64,000 nt of DNA, taken from an uncultured Chloroflexia bacterium. Lineage in GTDB: Bacteria; Chloroflexota; Anaerolineae; JAAYZQ01. Location of the stretch: positions 1,696,001 through 1,760,000 of the forward strand of contig CAVOXA010000010.1 in NCBI GenBank assembly GCA_963700285.1. The letters are read 5' to 3'. A model generated the notes under the pieces. That model was not told where the DNA came from. It worked only from the letters and a program-made list of their open reading frames with translations, and did no database searches. The stretch's first letter is position 1. Each line of letters starts with the position of its first letter. Shown in pieces: positions 47,501 to 57,791 of this stretch. A program made the position numbers and the translations under genes.

Positions 47501-48400
47501 CTATGGTTCCAAGGGTTCGGGCCAAACCGGTACAAACATCTGCCACTGCCATGTCCAGCGGTGGATGACTGTCTCCATCACATCGAGTACACGCCGCATG
47601 TTCAACTGTACTTCCTCCTCGTGGTTTCCGGTACGAAGCAGTTCCAAGGGAGGTTCGATGTGTATGGTGTATTTCCCTGTTTCCGCAGACAAAAAGCAAC
47701 AAGCGACCACCACGAGGGCATTAGTTTTGAGCGCCAATCGGATGTGGCCTGAGGGCACACGGGCCGGACGGCCAAAGAAAGGGATGGCCTCATCAAGATC
47801 GCTGACGGGGCGATCCGCGGCTACGGATACGAGGCCACCCCTTCTCAACCGTTTGATGGCCTGCCGGAGGGCGCTCGCACTGAGCGGTGTGACTTCTACC
47901 CCGGTGCTTTTCCTCAGTCGATTGGCCAGTTGGAAGCCAGGAGACGGATTGGGCAGAGTGAGTACCTGGGGTTCGGGCAGAAACCTCCCAAGTGCCTGGG
48001 CTGCTAGGTCAAAGTTGCCCAGGTGTGGAAATACGAGCACACTCCCACCCTTGCTGTGCCACAGGGATCGGGCAAAGGCCCGCGCCTGTTCCGGAAAGTC
48101 AACCAGGGCCTCAAGTTCCTCCCGCGGCAACTGCAGGGCACGGAAAAGGTCGAAATAGCCGCGGACCGCTGTGTAGAATACCTGGCGTACAGATTGCTCC
48201 AAGTCTTGTCCCTGAGCATCAGGCCCCAATACCTGGCTGAGGTTGGCCTGCACGATCTGATACACGGTTGGTTTGACCCGGCATACAATATCAGCCACCC
48301 ACCAGGAAAAGCGGTGGCCGACCTTCTCTGGGGCATGCTGGCTGAACCACATGCCCAACTGAATGATTCGAGGGCTGCTAGCTATATTCTGTAGGTTCAT
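47501..48400 (-). CDS. Lysophospholipid/lipid A-type acyltransferase (PatA-like)
   Basis: PHLGNFDLA (HX4D), ADR, PFFG.PA..P.G..RLA, QW..F. Confidence 0.85.
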   Translation of the reverse strand: MNLQNIASSPRIIQLGMWFSQHAPEKVGHRFSWWVADIVCRVKPTVYQIVQANLSQVLGPDAQGQDLEQSVRQVFYTAVRGYFDLFRALQLPREELEALVDFPEQARAFARSLWHSKGGSVLVFPHLGNFDLAAQALGRFLPEPQVLTLPNPSPGFQLANRLRKSTGVEVTPLSASALRQAIKRLRRGGLVSVAADRPVSDLDEAIPFFGRPARVPSGHIRLALKTNALVVVACCFLSAETGKYTIHIEPPLELLRTGNHEEEVQLNMRRVLDVMETVIHRWTWQWQMFVPVWPEPLEP

Positions 48401-48410
48401 TCGCCGCCAT

Positions 48411-49034
48411 CTACTCTGTCATCTTGCCATCGACATCTCGGAGCAGGGTCCGTGCCTCGATCAATACTGGCACGCCGCGAATAACGCAGACGACCGTGGC
48501 GATCCAGCTCAGCACTACGGCAACGATCCAGATAGTCTCGGCCAGGCTTTCTTTCGGGGTACCCACCCACAGCCCGCGCAGGCCAAGAGCCAGGGCCAGC
48601 ATAAAGAAGGCCACGGCCTTGGACAAGCCATAAAGAGAGCGCATCAAGCCCGATGCGACCAGGCGGCGTCCCCATTTGGTCTGCATCATGCCAAAGGACG
48701 TTTCGCCCCACATCAAGCTGAAACTGCGCACCATGTCCACAAGTCCGCCGCGAATGATGACGATGATGGGGATGGCCACGGATATCAGCTGCAGATTGGC
48801 ATAGGCTACCCACAGTACCAGTTCCACGATCCGGTCCACGGCGATGTCCAACTTGCTGCCCAACATCCCGGTCTCCTGGCGGTACCGGGCGACAACCCCG
48901 TCCAGGGTATCCATAAAGATCAGAATCAGCACGAGAAAGGCTGTTGCCACTTGGACTTGGGGGCTGCCCAGGTATAACAGGCAGACGATCAAGATCAGCA
49001 AGGGGATGCGCGCCAAAGTAATTGTATTGGCCAT
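48411..49034 (-). CDS. CDP-alcohol phosphatidyltransferase (PgsA-like)
   Basis: AN.IT..R, DTLDG..AR......G..LD...DR signature. Confidence 0.92.
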   Translation of the reverse strand: MANTITLARIPLLILIVCLLYLGSPQVQVATAFLVLILIFMDTLDGVVARYRQETGMLGSKLDIAVDRIVELVLWVAYANLQLISVAIPIIVIIRGGLVDMVRSFSLMWGETSFGMMQTKWGRRLVASGLMRSLYGLSKAVAFFMLALALGLRGLWVGTPKESLAETIWIVAVVLSWIATVVCVIRGVPVLIEARTLLRDVDGKMTE

Positions 49035-49140
49035 GTTCCTTACCCCCCCCCATCTCTAAACCCAAAGATGGAATCGTGTTTTGACGGTCAGAGTATAGCA
49101 TTGCCACCCCATTTTGCCAAACCCAAGTTGGGGCGGAACG

Positions 49141-49878
49141 CTAGCTTGCCGACCGGCTGCTCACCCGTTCGATGAAGCCCAGCACAGCCTCCTGAATTCG
49201 CTCACCCCAACGCCAGAATACCAGCGCCGCGACAACGAGGACAGCAAGTAGGAGCCCCCACCAGATGGGATCGACCCTGGCGATGTTTGCTCCGACCATG
49301 ACGGATACGAACACTCCTGGCAGGCGTCCCAGGGTCATTAAAGGCAGGAACTGACGATAGCGCATGGGCGTCAGGCCGGCCGCAACGCAAGCCAGGTCGT
49401 CCGGGGCAAAGGGCAGAAGCCAGATCAGGAAGAAAAAGGGGGCGCCACCCCGGCGGGCCAAATCGTCGAGGCGGGCCATGGACTGTTTCCCGACGAGCCG
49501 GATCACCAACGGCCGCCCAAAGCGACGGGACAGACCAAAGATGATCGATGAGCCGATGACCATCCCAATCATGGGGAACAGCGTACCCCACCAGGGACCG
49601 TAGAGGTAGCCGCTGGCCGCCTCAATCGCCTGGCCAGGGATGGGGGCCAGGAGGGTCTGAATCATCTCCAGGAGGATGATGGCCATCGGTCCCCAAGCAC
49701 CCAACCCCTCCACCCAGGCGCGCATCTGCTCTTGGTCCGCCAGGAATTCATAGATGGGGCGCCACCAGGCAATCATTGCCGCAACCAGAGCGGCGAGGAG
49801 CAGGGCAACGGCCACCCAGATCAACCAGCGTGGGAATTGCCGCCGGCCAGCAGATACGGGTTCTTGGTTGTCGCTCAA
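49141..49878 (-). CDS. TVP38/TMEM64 (DedA superfamily) membrane protein
   Basis: APIPG, G.LYG...G, LLPFAPDD....AG. Confidence 0.88.
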   Translation of the reverse strand: MSDNQEPVSAGRRQFPRWLIWVAVALLLAALVAAMIAWWRPIYEFLADQEQMRAWVEGLGAWGPMAIILLEMIQTLLAPIPGQAIEAASGYLYGPWWGTLFPMIGMVIGSSIIFGLSRRFGRPLVIRLVGKQSMARLDDLARRGGAPFFFLIWLLPFAPDDLACVAAGLTPMRYRQFLPLMTLGRLPGVFVSVMVGANIARVDPIWWGLLLAVLVVAALVFWRWGERIQEAVLGFIERVSSRSAS

Positions 49879-49950
49879 GTCAGGCTCCGTGAGATTCTTC
49901 GTGTACTGGATGCACTAGACTGGAGTCGGGGTAGGTAGAAACCAAGCGGC

Positions 49951-50949
49951 TCACAAAGTCTCCGAACGGTTGTCTGCCAGGCCGGGGAGGGGCAGGTTTG
50001 CGGTGTATCGCCGAAATTCACCCAAGGACCGAAAGCCTGCGGCCAGGAGAGAGTTCTTCAAAGGCCAAGCACGGGCTTCTACCATGGCGCCGACCTCATC
50101 AATGCCGGCCATCATGCCCCGGGTCACGGCTCCGTGGATCAGCGCTTCGCGTGCCGCTCGATCTTGAGCTTCAACGGCCTCGATCCACACTCCCCGGTAG
50201 AGAAGCGTTTGCACGCCAACCAAAGCTGCATATCCGGCAGGCTGACCATCCTTTTCAGCCTGGAGAACAGTCAGATTGCCGTCGCCCTCAGGCAGAGTTG
50301 CTGCTTCAGATTCCAGGGGGGCGGAGTTTCGACTCTTCGGAAAACCATTGGAATCTGGCTGGGGTCCAGGTTCCAGGTTGGGCGCGGCGCTATCGTCGGG
50401 CAAGGGGTAGCCCGGGAAGGGCTCCGCCGCATCGAAAAGGCTGTGTGTCTCGCGGACGGTCACGCCGGGCGGGGGTTGGGTCTGCCCGCCTTTGCCCATT
50501 GCGGTCCCCGCGGTTCGATAGATCAAGAGTGTGTATGTTTCTGGCCCAGGGCGCAGGCCGGCGCGAGTGAAGGCCTGCGCCGAGGCATTGTTGTCGGTAG
50601 CAACGTAGGCCCTCGCTTGCTGGGGTATGCCCTCCGTCCAAGCTGAGGCTGCCCGGATAAGCCTCGTGCCCAGACGCCGGCCCCGCCATTGAGGGTGGAC
50701 AGCCAGGAGATCGATCTCCCACAACGGGTCTTGCAGACCGGCGGTGGGAAAGGCGATGACAAAACCGATTACAGTGTCTCCACTCAGAGCCAGCCAGGCG
50801 CGCTGCGGACCATCAATGAGCATGATCCGCACCTGTTCGGCGCTGTAGGGGCATTCATCGAAAACGGCCTGTTCTACGCCTAGCAGCCCTTCGGCGCTGG
50901 CCAAAGAGCCATCAAAGGGCCGGATGGTGGTGCTGGTTCTCGCTGCCAT
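49951..50949 (-). CDS. GNAT-family N-acetyltransferase (probably two GNAT domains), likely leaderless
   Basis: LAVHPQWRGRRLG motif A; TTGACC-17-TATAGT ending 7 nt before ATG 50949. Confidence 0.8.
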   Translation of the reverse strand: MAARTSTTIRPFDGSLASAEGLLGVEQAVFDECPYSAEQVRIMLIDGPQRAWLALSGDTVIGFVIAFPTAGLQDPLWEIDLLAVHPQWRGRRLGTRLIRAASAWTEGIPQQARAYVATDNNASAQAFTRAGLRPGPETYTLLIYRTAGTAMGKGGQTQPPPGVTVRETHSLFDAAEPFPGYPLPDDSAAPNLEPGPQPDSNGFPKSRNSAPLESEAATLPEGDGNLTVLQAEKDGQPAGYAALVGVQTLLYRGVWIEAVEAQDRAAREALIHGAVTRGMMAGIDEVGAMVEARAWPLKNSLLAAGFRSLGEFRRYTANLPLPGLADNRSETL

Positions 50950-51099
50950 GCGGCTCACTATACCAGCAAAGAGTCGGATGGTCAAGGTCGCTTGCCAGCC
51001 CGCCTGGAAAATGCTAGAATGACCAATAATCAGTGACTGGCGTCGAACTAGATTGGGACCTGGTCATTGTTCATTTGGCTCTGATTTGCGGAGAAGCCT

Positions 51100-52668
51100 G
51101 TGGGCGCTAAACGTGTGTGGTTGCTGATCATAGTATTTGTAGCGGGCATGACGAGCCTGGGCGTGGAACTCACGGCAGCGCGTTTGCTGGATCCCTTCTT
51201 TGGCAATTCGCTGGTTATCTGGGCCGTGCTCATTGGCACGGTGCTACTCTACCTGACGGCGGGGTACTATGTCGGCGGCAAGTGGTCTGACCGAAGGCCG
51301 TACCGCCGGGTGTTGTACCAGATTGCGGCCTGGGCGGCCTTTTTCATTGGACTGGTACCTTTTGTCGCCCGGCCAGTATTGCTCTGGTCGGTCCAGGGCT
51401 TTGCCGAATACAGTACCGGCATCTTGGCCGGTTCGCTGCTGGGTGTGGTGATCCTCTTTTCCGTGCCGGTCATCCTGCTGGGCTGCATCTCGCCTTTTGC
51501 CATCCGCTTGTCGATGGCGGAGGAGCGTGTTGAGTCGTCAGGAAGCGTCGCCGGTGGAATCTATGCCTTATCCACTGTCGGCAGCCTTGTGGGTACCTTC
51601 CTGCCGGTGTTGGTTCTCATTCCCAACATTGGTACGAGAAATACCTTTCTTTTTTTTGCCTTGAGCCTGCTGGCTGCCTCCCTGGTGGGCCTGTTCTGGG
51701 AACTGAGACACAAAGCCCTACCTTACCTGCTCATGCCCCTGTTGCTGGCGGTATTGATCGTTGTTTTTCCCGGGAGTGTCGTCAAGCAAGCCCAGTATGG
51801 TGAACTGCTCTACGAGACCGAGTCTTCGTACAACTATATCCAGGTTGTGCAGTGGGGAGATGAAGTGTGGCTGCAGCTCAACGAAGGGCAAGGTGTACAC
51901 TCTATCTACAACCCCAATTCGGTACTGGTAGAAGGCATTTGGGATCTGTTCCTGATCGTTCCCTTTTTCAACAACCCACCTTTCACGGCGAGTCAGGTGG
52001 GTAGATTGGCCCTCATCGGCTCGGCGGCCGGCACGGTGGCCAAGCAGTACACGGCGGTCTATGGTCCGATCCCTATTGACGGCGCTGAGATCGACCCCGA
52101 GATTATCCGCGTGGGCCGTGAGTATTTTGATATGAACGAACAAAACCTGAACGCGGTGCCCCAGGACGGCCGCTATTTCCTGGCCAATTCCCCCAACAAG
52201 TTCGACGTTATTGCCATCGATGCCTACCGCCCGCCCTACATTCCCTTTCACCTGACCACCCGCGAGTTCTTTGCCGAAGTCAAGCAGCATCTGACTGAGC
52301 AAGGTGTCGTAGCCATCAACGCAGGCCGTACTCAGAGCGATTGGCGCTTGGTGGAGGCACTGGCCAGCACACTAAAGGCCGAGTTCCCCAATGTCTACCT
52401 GGTGGATACGGGGGACGTAGGCTATGACATCATCAATGTCTTGGTTGTGGCCACCAATCAGCCAACGCGATTGGAGAACCTGGCAGCAAACGCAGATCTG
52501 ATGGCATCCAGCCCATCCGGGGCGAGCCGCCTCCTGCAGACAGTGATGGGCAAGGCCATGGGCCAGGTGGTCGAGTTCACCGAGCCCACCGTCGTGTTTA
52601 CCGATGACAAGGCACCGGTTGAGCAGGTAGTACACGGATTGATCTTGAGCTATTTGATGGGACAGTGA
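51100..52668 (+). CDS. Fused MFS-like membrane domain / spermidine-synthase-like methyltransferase
   Basis: E....RLL.PFFG.S...W, G.IYALST.GSL.G, EIDP, DGR.FL, IDAY...IPFHLTTREF, TDDKAPVE. Confidence 0.9.
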   Translation: MGAKRVWLLIIVFVAGMTSLGVELTAARLLDPFFGNSLVIWAVLIGTVLLYLTAGYYVGGKWSDRRPYRRVLYQIAAWAAFFIGLVPFVARPVLLWSVQGFAEYSTGILAGSLLGVVILFSVPVILLGCISPFAIRLSMAEERVESSGSVAGGIYALSTVGSLVGTFLPVLVLIPNIGTRNTFLFFALSLLAASLVGLFWELRHKALPYLLMPLLLAVLIVVFPGSVVKQAQYGELLYETESSYNYIQVVQWGDEVWLQLNEGQGVHSIYNPNSVLVEGIWDLFLIVPFFNNPPFTASQVGRLALIGSAAGTVAKQYTAVYGPIPIDGAEIDPEIIRVGREYFDMNEQNLNAVPQDGRYFLANSPNKFDVIAIDAYRPPYIPFHLTTREFFAEVKQHLTEQGVVAINAGRTQSDWRLVEALASTLKAEFPNVYLVDTGDVGYDIINVLVVATNQPTRLENLAANADLMASSPSGASRLLQTVMGKAMGQVVEFTEPTVVFTDDKAPVEQVVHGLILSYLMGQ

Positions 52669-52762
52669 AACCACAAGTACGGGACAAAAGCCCCATTCCT
52701 ATCATGGCTGACGAATCGAGGTTTGACCACTACGATGCATTCCACCTGGCGACTCCTGAATC

Positions 52763-53572
52763 TCAGCCTAATACCCGCGTTGCATAGTAGAACATCACTG
52801 GCGCCACAAAGAGTAAACTGTCGATCCGGTCGAACACCCCCCCGTGGCCCGGGATGAGACTGCTGAAATCCTTCACCTTCATCTGGCGCTTGACCATGGA
52901 CTTGGCCAGGTCTCCAAAGGGCGCCACCGTCGCGACCAGCGCTCCGAGTATCAGCCCATGCAACCAGGGTAGATCGACCAGCCAATAGCCCAGCAGCATC
53001 GTAGCTGCCACCCCGCCGATCCAGCCCCCGATGGTCCCTTCCCAGGTCTTCTTGGGGCTCAGATAAGGGCAGCAGGGATGCTTGCCAATGGCCTTGCCGA
53101 CAAAGTAGGCGGCCGAGTCGTTGATCCAGGTCACCAGGAAGACCATCACCAGCCAGCGTGTGCCCAGACCCAGACCGAATGCTGGGGATAGATCCCGGAC
53201 CTGGAGAAAGTAGCTGCCCAGCCAACCTAGCCACAGGGCCACGCCCAGGGACAGTGCCCAACTCTGGGTGGGAAGCCCTTCCGCCGGCCGCAATAGTTGC
53301 CAGATAAGGGTGCCTATCACCGAGAAAGCCAGTACCAGCCCCAATAGCTCCAGATCGGGAAAGCGCGCGACCATCAGTAGAGCGACCATCACAAGGATAC
53401 AGGCTGCCAGAGAGGGGCAATAACCCGCATCCATCATCAAGGACAGAAACTCGCGAGCCGCCAGTACCGCCACCGCCAGGACCAGTACGGCCAATACCCA
53501 GCCGCCGGCATAGGTCGCGCCTGCGACCAGGGGGATCAAAATCACCGCGCTCAGCGCTCGTGTTCGAAGCAT
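52763..53572 (-). CDS. cdsA: Phosphatidate cytidylyltransferase
   Basis: DSAAYFVG, SPKKTWEG, GDL..S.VKR...VKD...LIPGHGG..DRIDS. Confidence 0.96.
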   Translation of the reverse strand: MLRTRALSAVILIPLVAGATYAGGWVLAVLVLAVAVLAAREFLSLMMDAGYCPSLAACILVMVALLMVARFPDLELLGLVLAFSVIGTLIWQLLRPAEGLPTQSWALSLGVALWLGWLGSYFLQVRDLSPAFGLGLGTRWLVMVFLVTWINDSAAYFVGKAIGKHPCCPYLSPKKTWEGTIGGWIGGVAATMLLGYWLVDLPWLHGLILGALVATVAPFGDLAKSMVKRQMKVKDFSSLIPGHGGVFDRIDSLLFVAPVMFYYATRVLG

Positions 53573-53589
53573 GGGACAGACACCTTTCG

Positions 53590-53652
53590 AGTCAAGGTTC
53601 AGGCCGGGGCGTCAGCCTACCCCGCACCCTATGCCTGAACCCTAACCTCAAT
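53590..53652. repeat. Degenerate inverted hexamer-array element between uppS and cdsA
   Basis: gagtc aaggtt caggcc ggggcg ... atgcct gaaccc taacct caa. Confidence 0.5.
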
Positions 53653-54379
53653 TCTCAGCCTCACCCTTGACCTTGATCCTGCCATACCGGCGGTCCCGCT
53701 CGCCATAGGCAACCAGAGCCTCATACAGCTCCTCCCGGCCAAAGTCGGGCCAGTAGGTGGGTGTGAGATAGTATTCCGAGTAGGCTGCTTGCCACATCAT
53801 GAAACCACTGGTACGCAGCTCGCCGCTGGTGCGGATGATCAGGTCAGGATCTGGCTGTCCAGTGGTATACATGTAGCTGGAAACCAACGCCTCGTCTATG
53901 TCCTCGGCAGGGATACCGTCTTCGATGATCCGCTGTATGGCCTGGACGATCTCTGGCCGTCCGCCATAGTCAAAAGCCACGTTCAGCACAATGCGCTCGT
54001 TATTCTTTGTCATTTCGATGGCGTCTTGTACCTGCTGTTGGAGGCGACCGGGCAGGCGGTCCAGCCGGCCTATGTGGCAAAGCCTTACTCCCTCCTTGTG
54101 CAACTGCTGCAATTCCCGCTGGATCATCCGTTCCAAGATGCGCATCAGCCCTTTGACCTCAGTTTCCGGACGCTGCCAATTCTCCGTCGAGAAAGCCCAG
54201 ATGGTCAGGAACTCGATGTCAAATTCAACGCATGCCTCGAGAATCGGGCGTAGGTTTTCCGTACCAGCCCGGTGACCGGCCAGTCGGGGCAAGCCCCGCG
54301 CCCTGGCCCATCGACCGTTCCCATCCATGATGATGGCCACATGACGCGGCACTCGCTCTAGTTTGCGTTCTTTTGCCAT
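53648..54379 (-). CDS. uppS: Undecaprenyl diphosphate synthase
   Basis: [35 protein letters not shown]. Confidence 0.97.
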   Translation of the reverse strand: MAKERKLERVPRHVAIIMDGNGRWARARGLPRLAGHRAGTENLRPILEACVEFDIEFLTIWAFSTENWQRPETEVKGLMRILERMIQRELQQLHKEGVRLCHIGRLDRLPGRLQQQVQDAIEMTKNNERIVLNVAFDYGGRPEIVQAIQRIIEDGIPAEDIDEALVSSYMYTTGQPDPDLIIRTSGELRTSGFMMWQAAYSEYYLTPTYWPDFGREELYEALVAYGERDRRYGRIKVKGEAEN

Positions 54380-54447
54380 CCTCTCCTTACGCTCCCTCCG
54401 ACTGGCGTGACCCTGGGATTGGCCCCAGGCCCCCGCATCCGCAGATA

Positions 54448-54490
54448 ACAAAGGGGGTTGAGGTGGCCCTGAAATGCCGCCTCAACCCCC
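54448..54490 (-). terminator. Terminator after frr
   Basis: gggggttgagg...cctcaaccccc followed by tttgt on the minus strand. Confidence 0.75.
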
Positions 54491-54520
54491 AACGGTGCCC
54501 TTGACCATATGCACGACTGG

Positions 54521-55078
54521 CTAGATCTCCATGACTTCTTCTTCTTTGCGCTTGCCTATCTCGTCTATCTGCTCAATAAATTCGTCTGTGAGTTCCTGTA
54601 CCTTCTCCTTGCCCTGGAAAAAGTCATCTTCGGAGATCATCTTTTCCTTCTCAAAGTCCTTGAGATCCTGGAGGGCATCCCTCCGCAGGTTTCGTATCGC
54701 CACCCGCGCTTCCTCGACGCGCCTGGCCACGACCTTGACCAGTTCCCGGCGCCGTTCTTCGGTCAGCCTGGGGATGTTCAGCCGGATCAGTTTGCCGTCA
54801 TTCATCGGTGTCAGGCCCAGATCGGATTTGAGGATGGCACGCTCGATGTTCTGCAACGCGGAAGCATCCCACGGCCGGATAACGAGTAACCGGGGCTCTG
54901 GAGCTGCGATGCTCGCCATTTGGTTCAGCGACGTCATGGTCCCATAGTATTCCACTTGCAGCTTTTCGACAAGCGCCGGCGAAGCCCGACCGGTACGAAT
55001 GCCCATCAGGTCCTCCTGCAAAACTTGTACAGACCTGGCCATACGTTGTCCTAGTTCGCCCAAGACCTCATCGATCAT
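54521..55078 (-). CDS. frr: Ribosome recycling factor
   Basis: IRTGRASP, LGLTP.NDG, LTEERRRELVK, RNLRRD. Confidence 0.98.
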   Translation of the reverse strand: MIDEVLGELGQRMARSVQVLQEDLMGIRTGRASPALVEKLQVEYYGTMTSLNQMASIAAPEPRLLVIRPWDASALQNIERAILKSDLGLTPMNDGKLIRLNIPRLTEERRRELVKVVARRVEEARVAIRNLRRDALQDLKDFEKEKMISEDDFFQGKEKVQELTDEFIEQIDEIGKRKEEEVMEI

Positions 55079-55095
55079 GGTCCAACTCCTTCCAC

Positions 55096-55178
55096 AGGCT
55101 CAAAACCAAGGCTTAGGTCAAGATTGAGGGCTGACGTGCATCTGATCATGGTTCAATCTCGGCCTGACCTGAACCTTA
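55096..55178. repeat. Inverted hexamer-array element between pyrH and frr
   Basis: aggctc aaaacc aaggct taggtc aagatt gagg ... ttcaat ctcggc ctgacc tgaacc ttaa. Confidence 0.6.
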
Positions 55179-55889
55179 ATGGCTGATCATAGTCCCTACA
55201 GGCTGGCTCATGATTGCTTTCTGCAGGGCATCCGGCTGCCACAGATCCAGCACTACGATGGGAAGATGGTTATCCATACAGAGCGAAAGAGCCGTCGAGT
55301 CAAGCACCTGAACCCGCAGATTCAGGGCTTTGATATAGGTTATGTGGTCAAATCGTTCTGCGGCGGGATTGATCATCGGGTCTTCGGCGTATACGCCGTC
55401 GACCTTGGTGGCCTTGATCAGCAGATCAGCGTCAATCTCCATGGCCCGCAATGCCGCTGCCGTGTCAGTTGTAAAGTAGGGATTGCCTGTTCCGGCGCCA
55501 AGGATCAACGCCCGTCCCTTTTCCAAGTGACGGATGGCCCGCAGGCGGATGTAGGGTTCAGAAACCGCTCTCATCTCGATGGCGGTTTGTACCCGAGTTG
55601 GCACACCGATCCGTTCCAGCGCGTCGGCCAAGACAAGGGCGTTGATCACCGTGGCCAGCATCCCCATGTGATCGGCTGTTGCCCGCTCCATACCATGTTG
55701 CAAGCCAATCTGTCCACGCCAGATGTTGCCAGCACCGAGTACAATGGCAACCTCCACGTCTAGTTCCTTGATCTCTCTGATCTTGGATGCTACCTGGGTC
55801 GCCATCTCGGGGTCAATGCCAGACCCGTCAGGACCGGCCAAAGCCTCCCCACCCAATTTTAGGAGAATGCGTCTGTAGCTGACCGCCAC
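55176..55889 (-). CDS. pyrH: Uridylate kinase
   Basis: [42 protein letters not shown]; RBS aggagg. Confidence 0.98.
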   Translation of the reverse strand: MAVSYRRILLKLGGEALAGPDGSGIDPEMATQVASKIREIKELDVEVAIVLGAGNIWRGQIGLQHGMERATADHMGMLATVINALVLADALERIGVPTRVQTAIEMRAVSEPYIRLRAIRHLEKGRALILGAGTGNPYFTTDTAAALRAMEIDADLLIKATKVDGVYAEDPMINPAAERFDHITYIKALNLRVQVLDSTALSLCMDNHLPIVVLDLWQPDALQKAIMSQPVGTMISH

Positions 55890-56025
55890 CACCGCCTCCT
55901 TGCCTGGTACCGCCAAGTGCTCTGTCAGAATTCAGAATCTGGCTTTTGGGGTACGCTGTCCAACCATTTTCGGGTGGGGTGGGCATTCTTGCCTTCCCCT
56001 CTTTTCCAAAAATGGCGGTTGCTGG

Positions 56026-56622
56026 CTAGCCACCGACCTCTAATCGAGCAAATCGCCGAACGACGATGTTCTCACCCAGTCGAACATTGCTCAGCTGGAC
56101 CAACTCCCCGACTGTGATCGAGCTGTCTTTGATGAAGGGCTGCTCCAGCAGGCACGTCTCTTCGTAGAACTTTTCCAGTTTGCCCTTTGCGATCTGCTCG
56201 AGAATGTTCTCAGGCTTGCCCGAGTCCTCCATCTGCGCCCGGTAGATGGCCTTTTCTTCCTCGAGCACCTCCGCCGGCACATCTTCCCTGGCCAAATACG
56301 CGGGATTGGCCGCCACTACCTGCATGGCCAGGTCGTGGGCCAGCGCCTGGAACTCGTCCGTCTGAGCCACAAAATCTGTCTCGCAGTTTACCTCTACCAG
56401 GCCTGCTACCTTGCCACCAGCATGGATATAGGAACCGACAAGTCCGTCTCTGGCGTCACGGCTGGCTCGCTTTGCCGCTGCGGCCAGTCCTTTCTCACGC
56501 AGGTAAGCCACTGATTTCTCAAAATTGCCATCGTTGGCCTCCAGGGCTTGTTTGCAGTCCAAGACTCCAGCCCCGGTCGCCTCACGGAGTTCTTTCACCA
56601 TCTGCATCGTAATCGCTGCCAC
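56026..56622 (-). CDS. tsf: Elongation factor Ts (short form)
   Basis: [44 protein letters not shown]. Confidence 0.98.
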   Translation of the reverse strand: MAAITMQMVKELREATGAGVLDCKQALEANDGNFEKSVAYLREKGLAAAAKRASRDARDGLVGSYIHAGGKVAGLVEVNCETDFVAQTDEFQALAHDLAMQVVAANPAYLAREDVPAEVLEEEKAIYRAQMEDSGKPENILEQIAKGKLEKFYEETCLLEQPFIKDSSITVGELVQLSNVRLGENIVVRRFARLEVGG

Positions 56623-56624
56623 GT

Positions 56625-57434
56625 CTAGGATCCTTCCTCGCTTATGAATTCTTCTTCAAACTCAAACTCACCTGAGCGCAGTTTGGCCAGCGTGGCCTCA
56701 CCCAGGTACTTTTGATCCTCTTCCACCTCTTCGTCGGCCTGCACCGCCTGGCGGATCTGAAGGCCCTCGTTGACAGCATCAGCCATATGATTCACCACGA
56801 GCTTGATGGCGCGGATGGCGTCGTCATTTGAAGGGATAATGAGATCGATTGGGTCGGGATCGCAATTGGTGTCCACCATGGCCAGGACCGGTATCTTTAC
56901 AAGGTTGCCTTCCTTAACGGCTATCGTCTCCCGGTGTACATCAACGACGAAAAGCAGGTCGGGTAACCTGGTCATTCCCTTGAGACCACCCAGTCTCCGG
57001 TTCAGCTTTTCAATCAGCTGTTCCAGCTTGAGCGCTTCTTTCTTTGGCAACCGTTCAAAGTCTCCGGTCTCTCGACGCTGTTCCAGCTCCAGCAAATAGC
57101 TGATCCGCTTCTTGATCGTCTGCCAATTGGTCAGCGTGCCGCCCAGCCATCGCTCGTTCACGTAAGGCATCCCACAACGTTCGGCAGCTTGGCTCAGATT
57201 CTCTGCGGCCTGTTTCTTTGTGCCCACGAAGGCAATCGTACCCCCATCGGCGACCGTATCCCGTACCAGATTGTACGCTTCTTCCAGTTTGACGATGGTC
57301 TGTTGAAGGTCGATAATGTGAATGCCGTTGCGCTCCGTGAAGATGAACGGCTTCATCTTGGGGTCCCACCGGCGCGTGCGGTGGCCAAAGTGCACGCCTG
57401 ATTCGAGGAGTGCTTTCATCGTGATGTGTGCCAC
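56625..57434 (-). CDS. rpsB: 30S ribosomal protein S2
   Basis: [40 protein letters not shown]; GTG start with ggagg. Confidence 0.98.
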   Translation of the reverse strand: MAHITMKALLESGVHFGHRTRRWDPKMKPFIFTERNGIHIIDLQQTIVKLEEAYNLVRDTVADGGTIAFVGTKKQAAENLSQAAERCGMPYVNERWLGGTLTNWQTIKKRISYLLELEQRRETGDFERLPKKEALKLEQLIEKLNRRLGGLKGMTRLPDLLFVVDVHRETIAVKEGNLVKIPVLAMVDTNCDPDPIDLIIPSNDDAIRAIKLVVNHMADAVNEGLQIRQAVQADEEVEEDQKYLGEATLAKLRSGEFEFEEEFISEEGS

Positions 57435-57444
57435 AGTACCCTCC

Positions 57445-57650
57445 ATTTGTTTTTTCCTGCAGTGAGAACGTCGCGTCGCACCACAGGTTCGTCCACCCCC
57501 GTCACCCCGAGTGGGAACCGGTATCTCCTGGACACCGGCACTTCCCATCCGGTCTGAGGGTGTGTGAGATAATGCCGTAAGGATCAAGCCATGATAAAGA
57601 CTGAGGCGCAACCCCAGCCCTTGCCAGCACCCTAACCTGATCGGCTATCG
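57445..57650 (-). promoter_or_regulatory. Long structured rpsB leader (putative S2 autoregulatory RNA)
   Basis: TTGCTC-17-TATACT at 57686-57658; ~215 nt leader with cacacac, hairpin ccggtgtc-cagga-gataccgg, and ggggt...gtgg motifs. Confidence 0.55.
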
Positions 57651-57791
57651 AGCGGCAAGTATAGCATAGACCCGCTTCTTGAGCAAATCATCCGGCCGTT
57701 ATGGGCTACTCTACGGCCTTTGTACGGAGTAAAAACTGTTGAGCGTCGGCTAGAGTGGCAATCCGACATCCTGTGCGGCCAGGCGCTATGG

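Noticed and set aside
47501-48400. Lipid A lauroyltransferase indicating LPS
   Set aside because: No lpx genes in the window; the context next to a PgsA-like gene fits a phospholipid/glycolipid acyltransferase.
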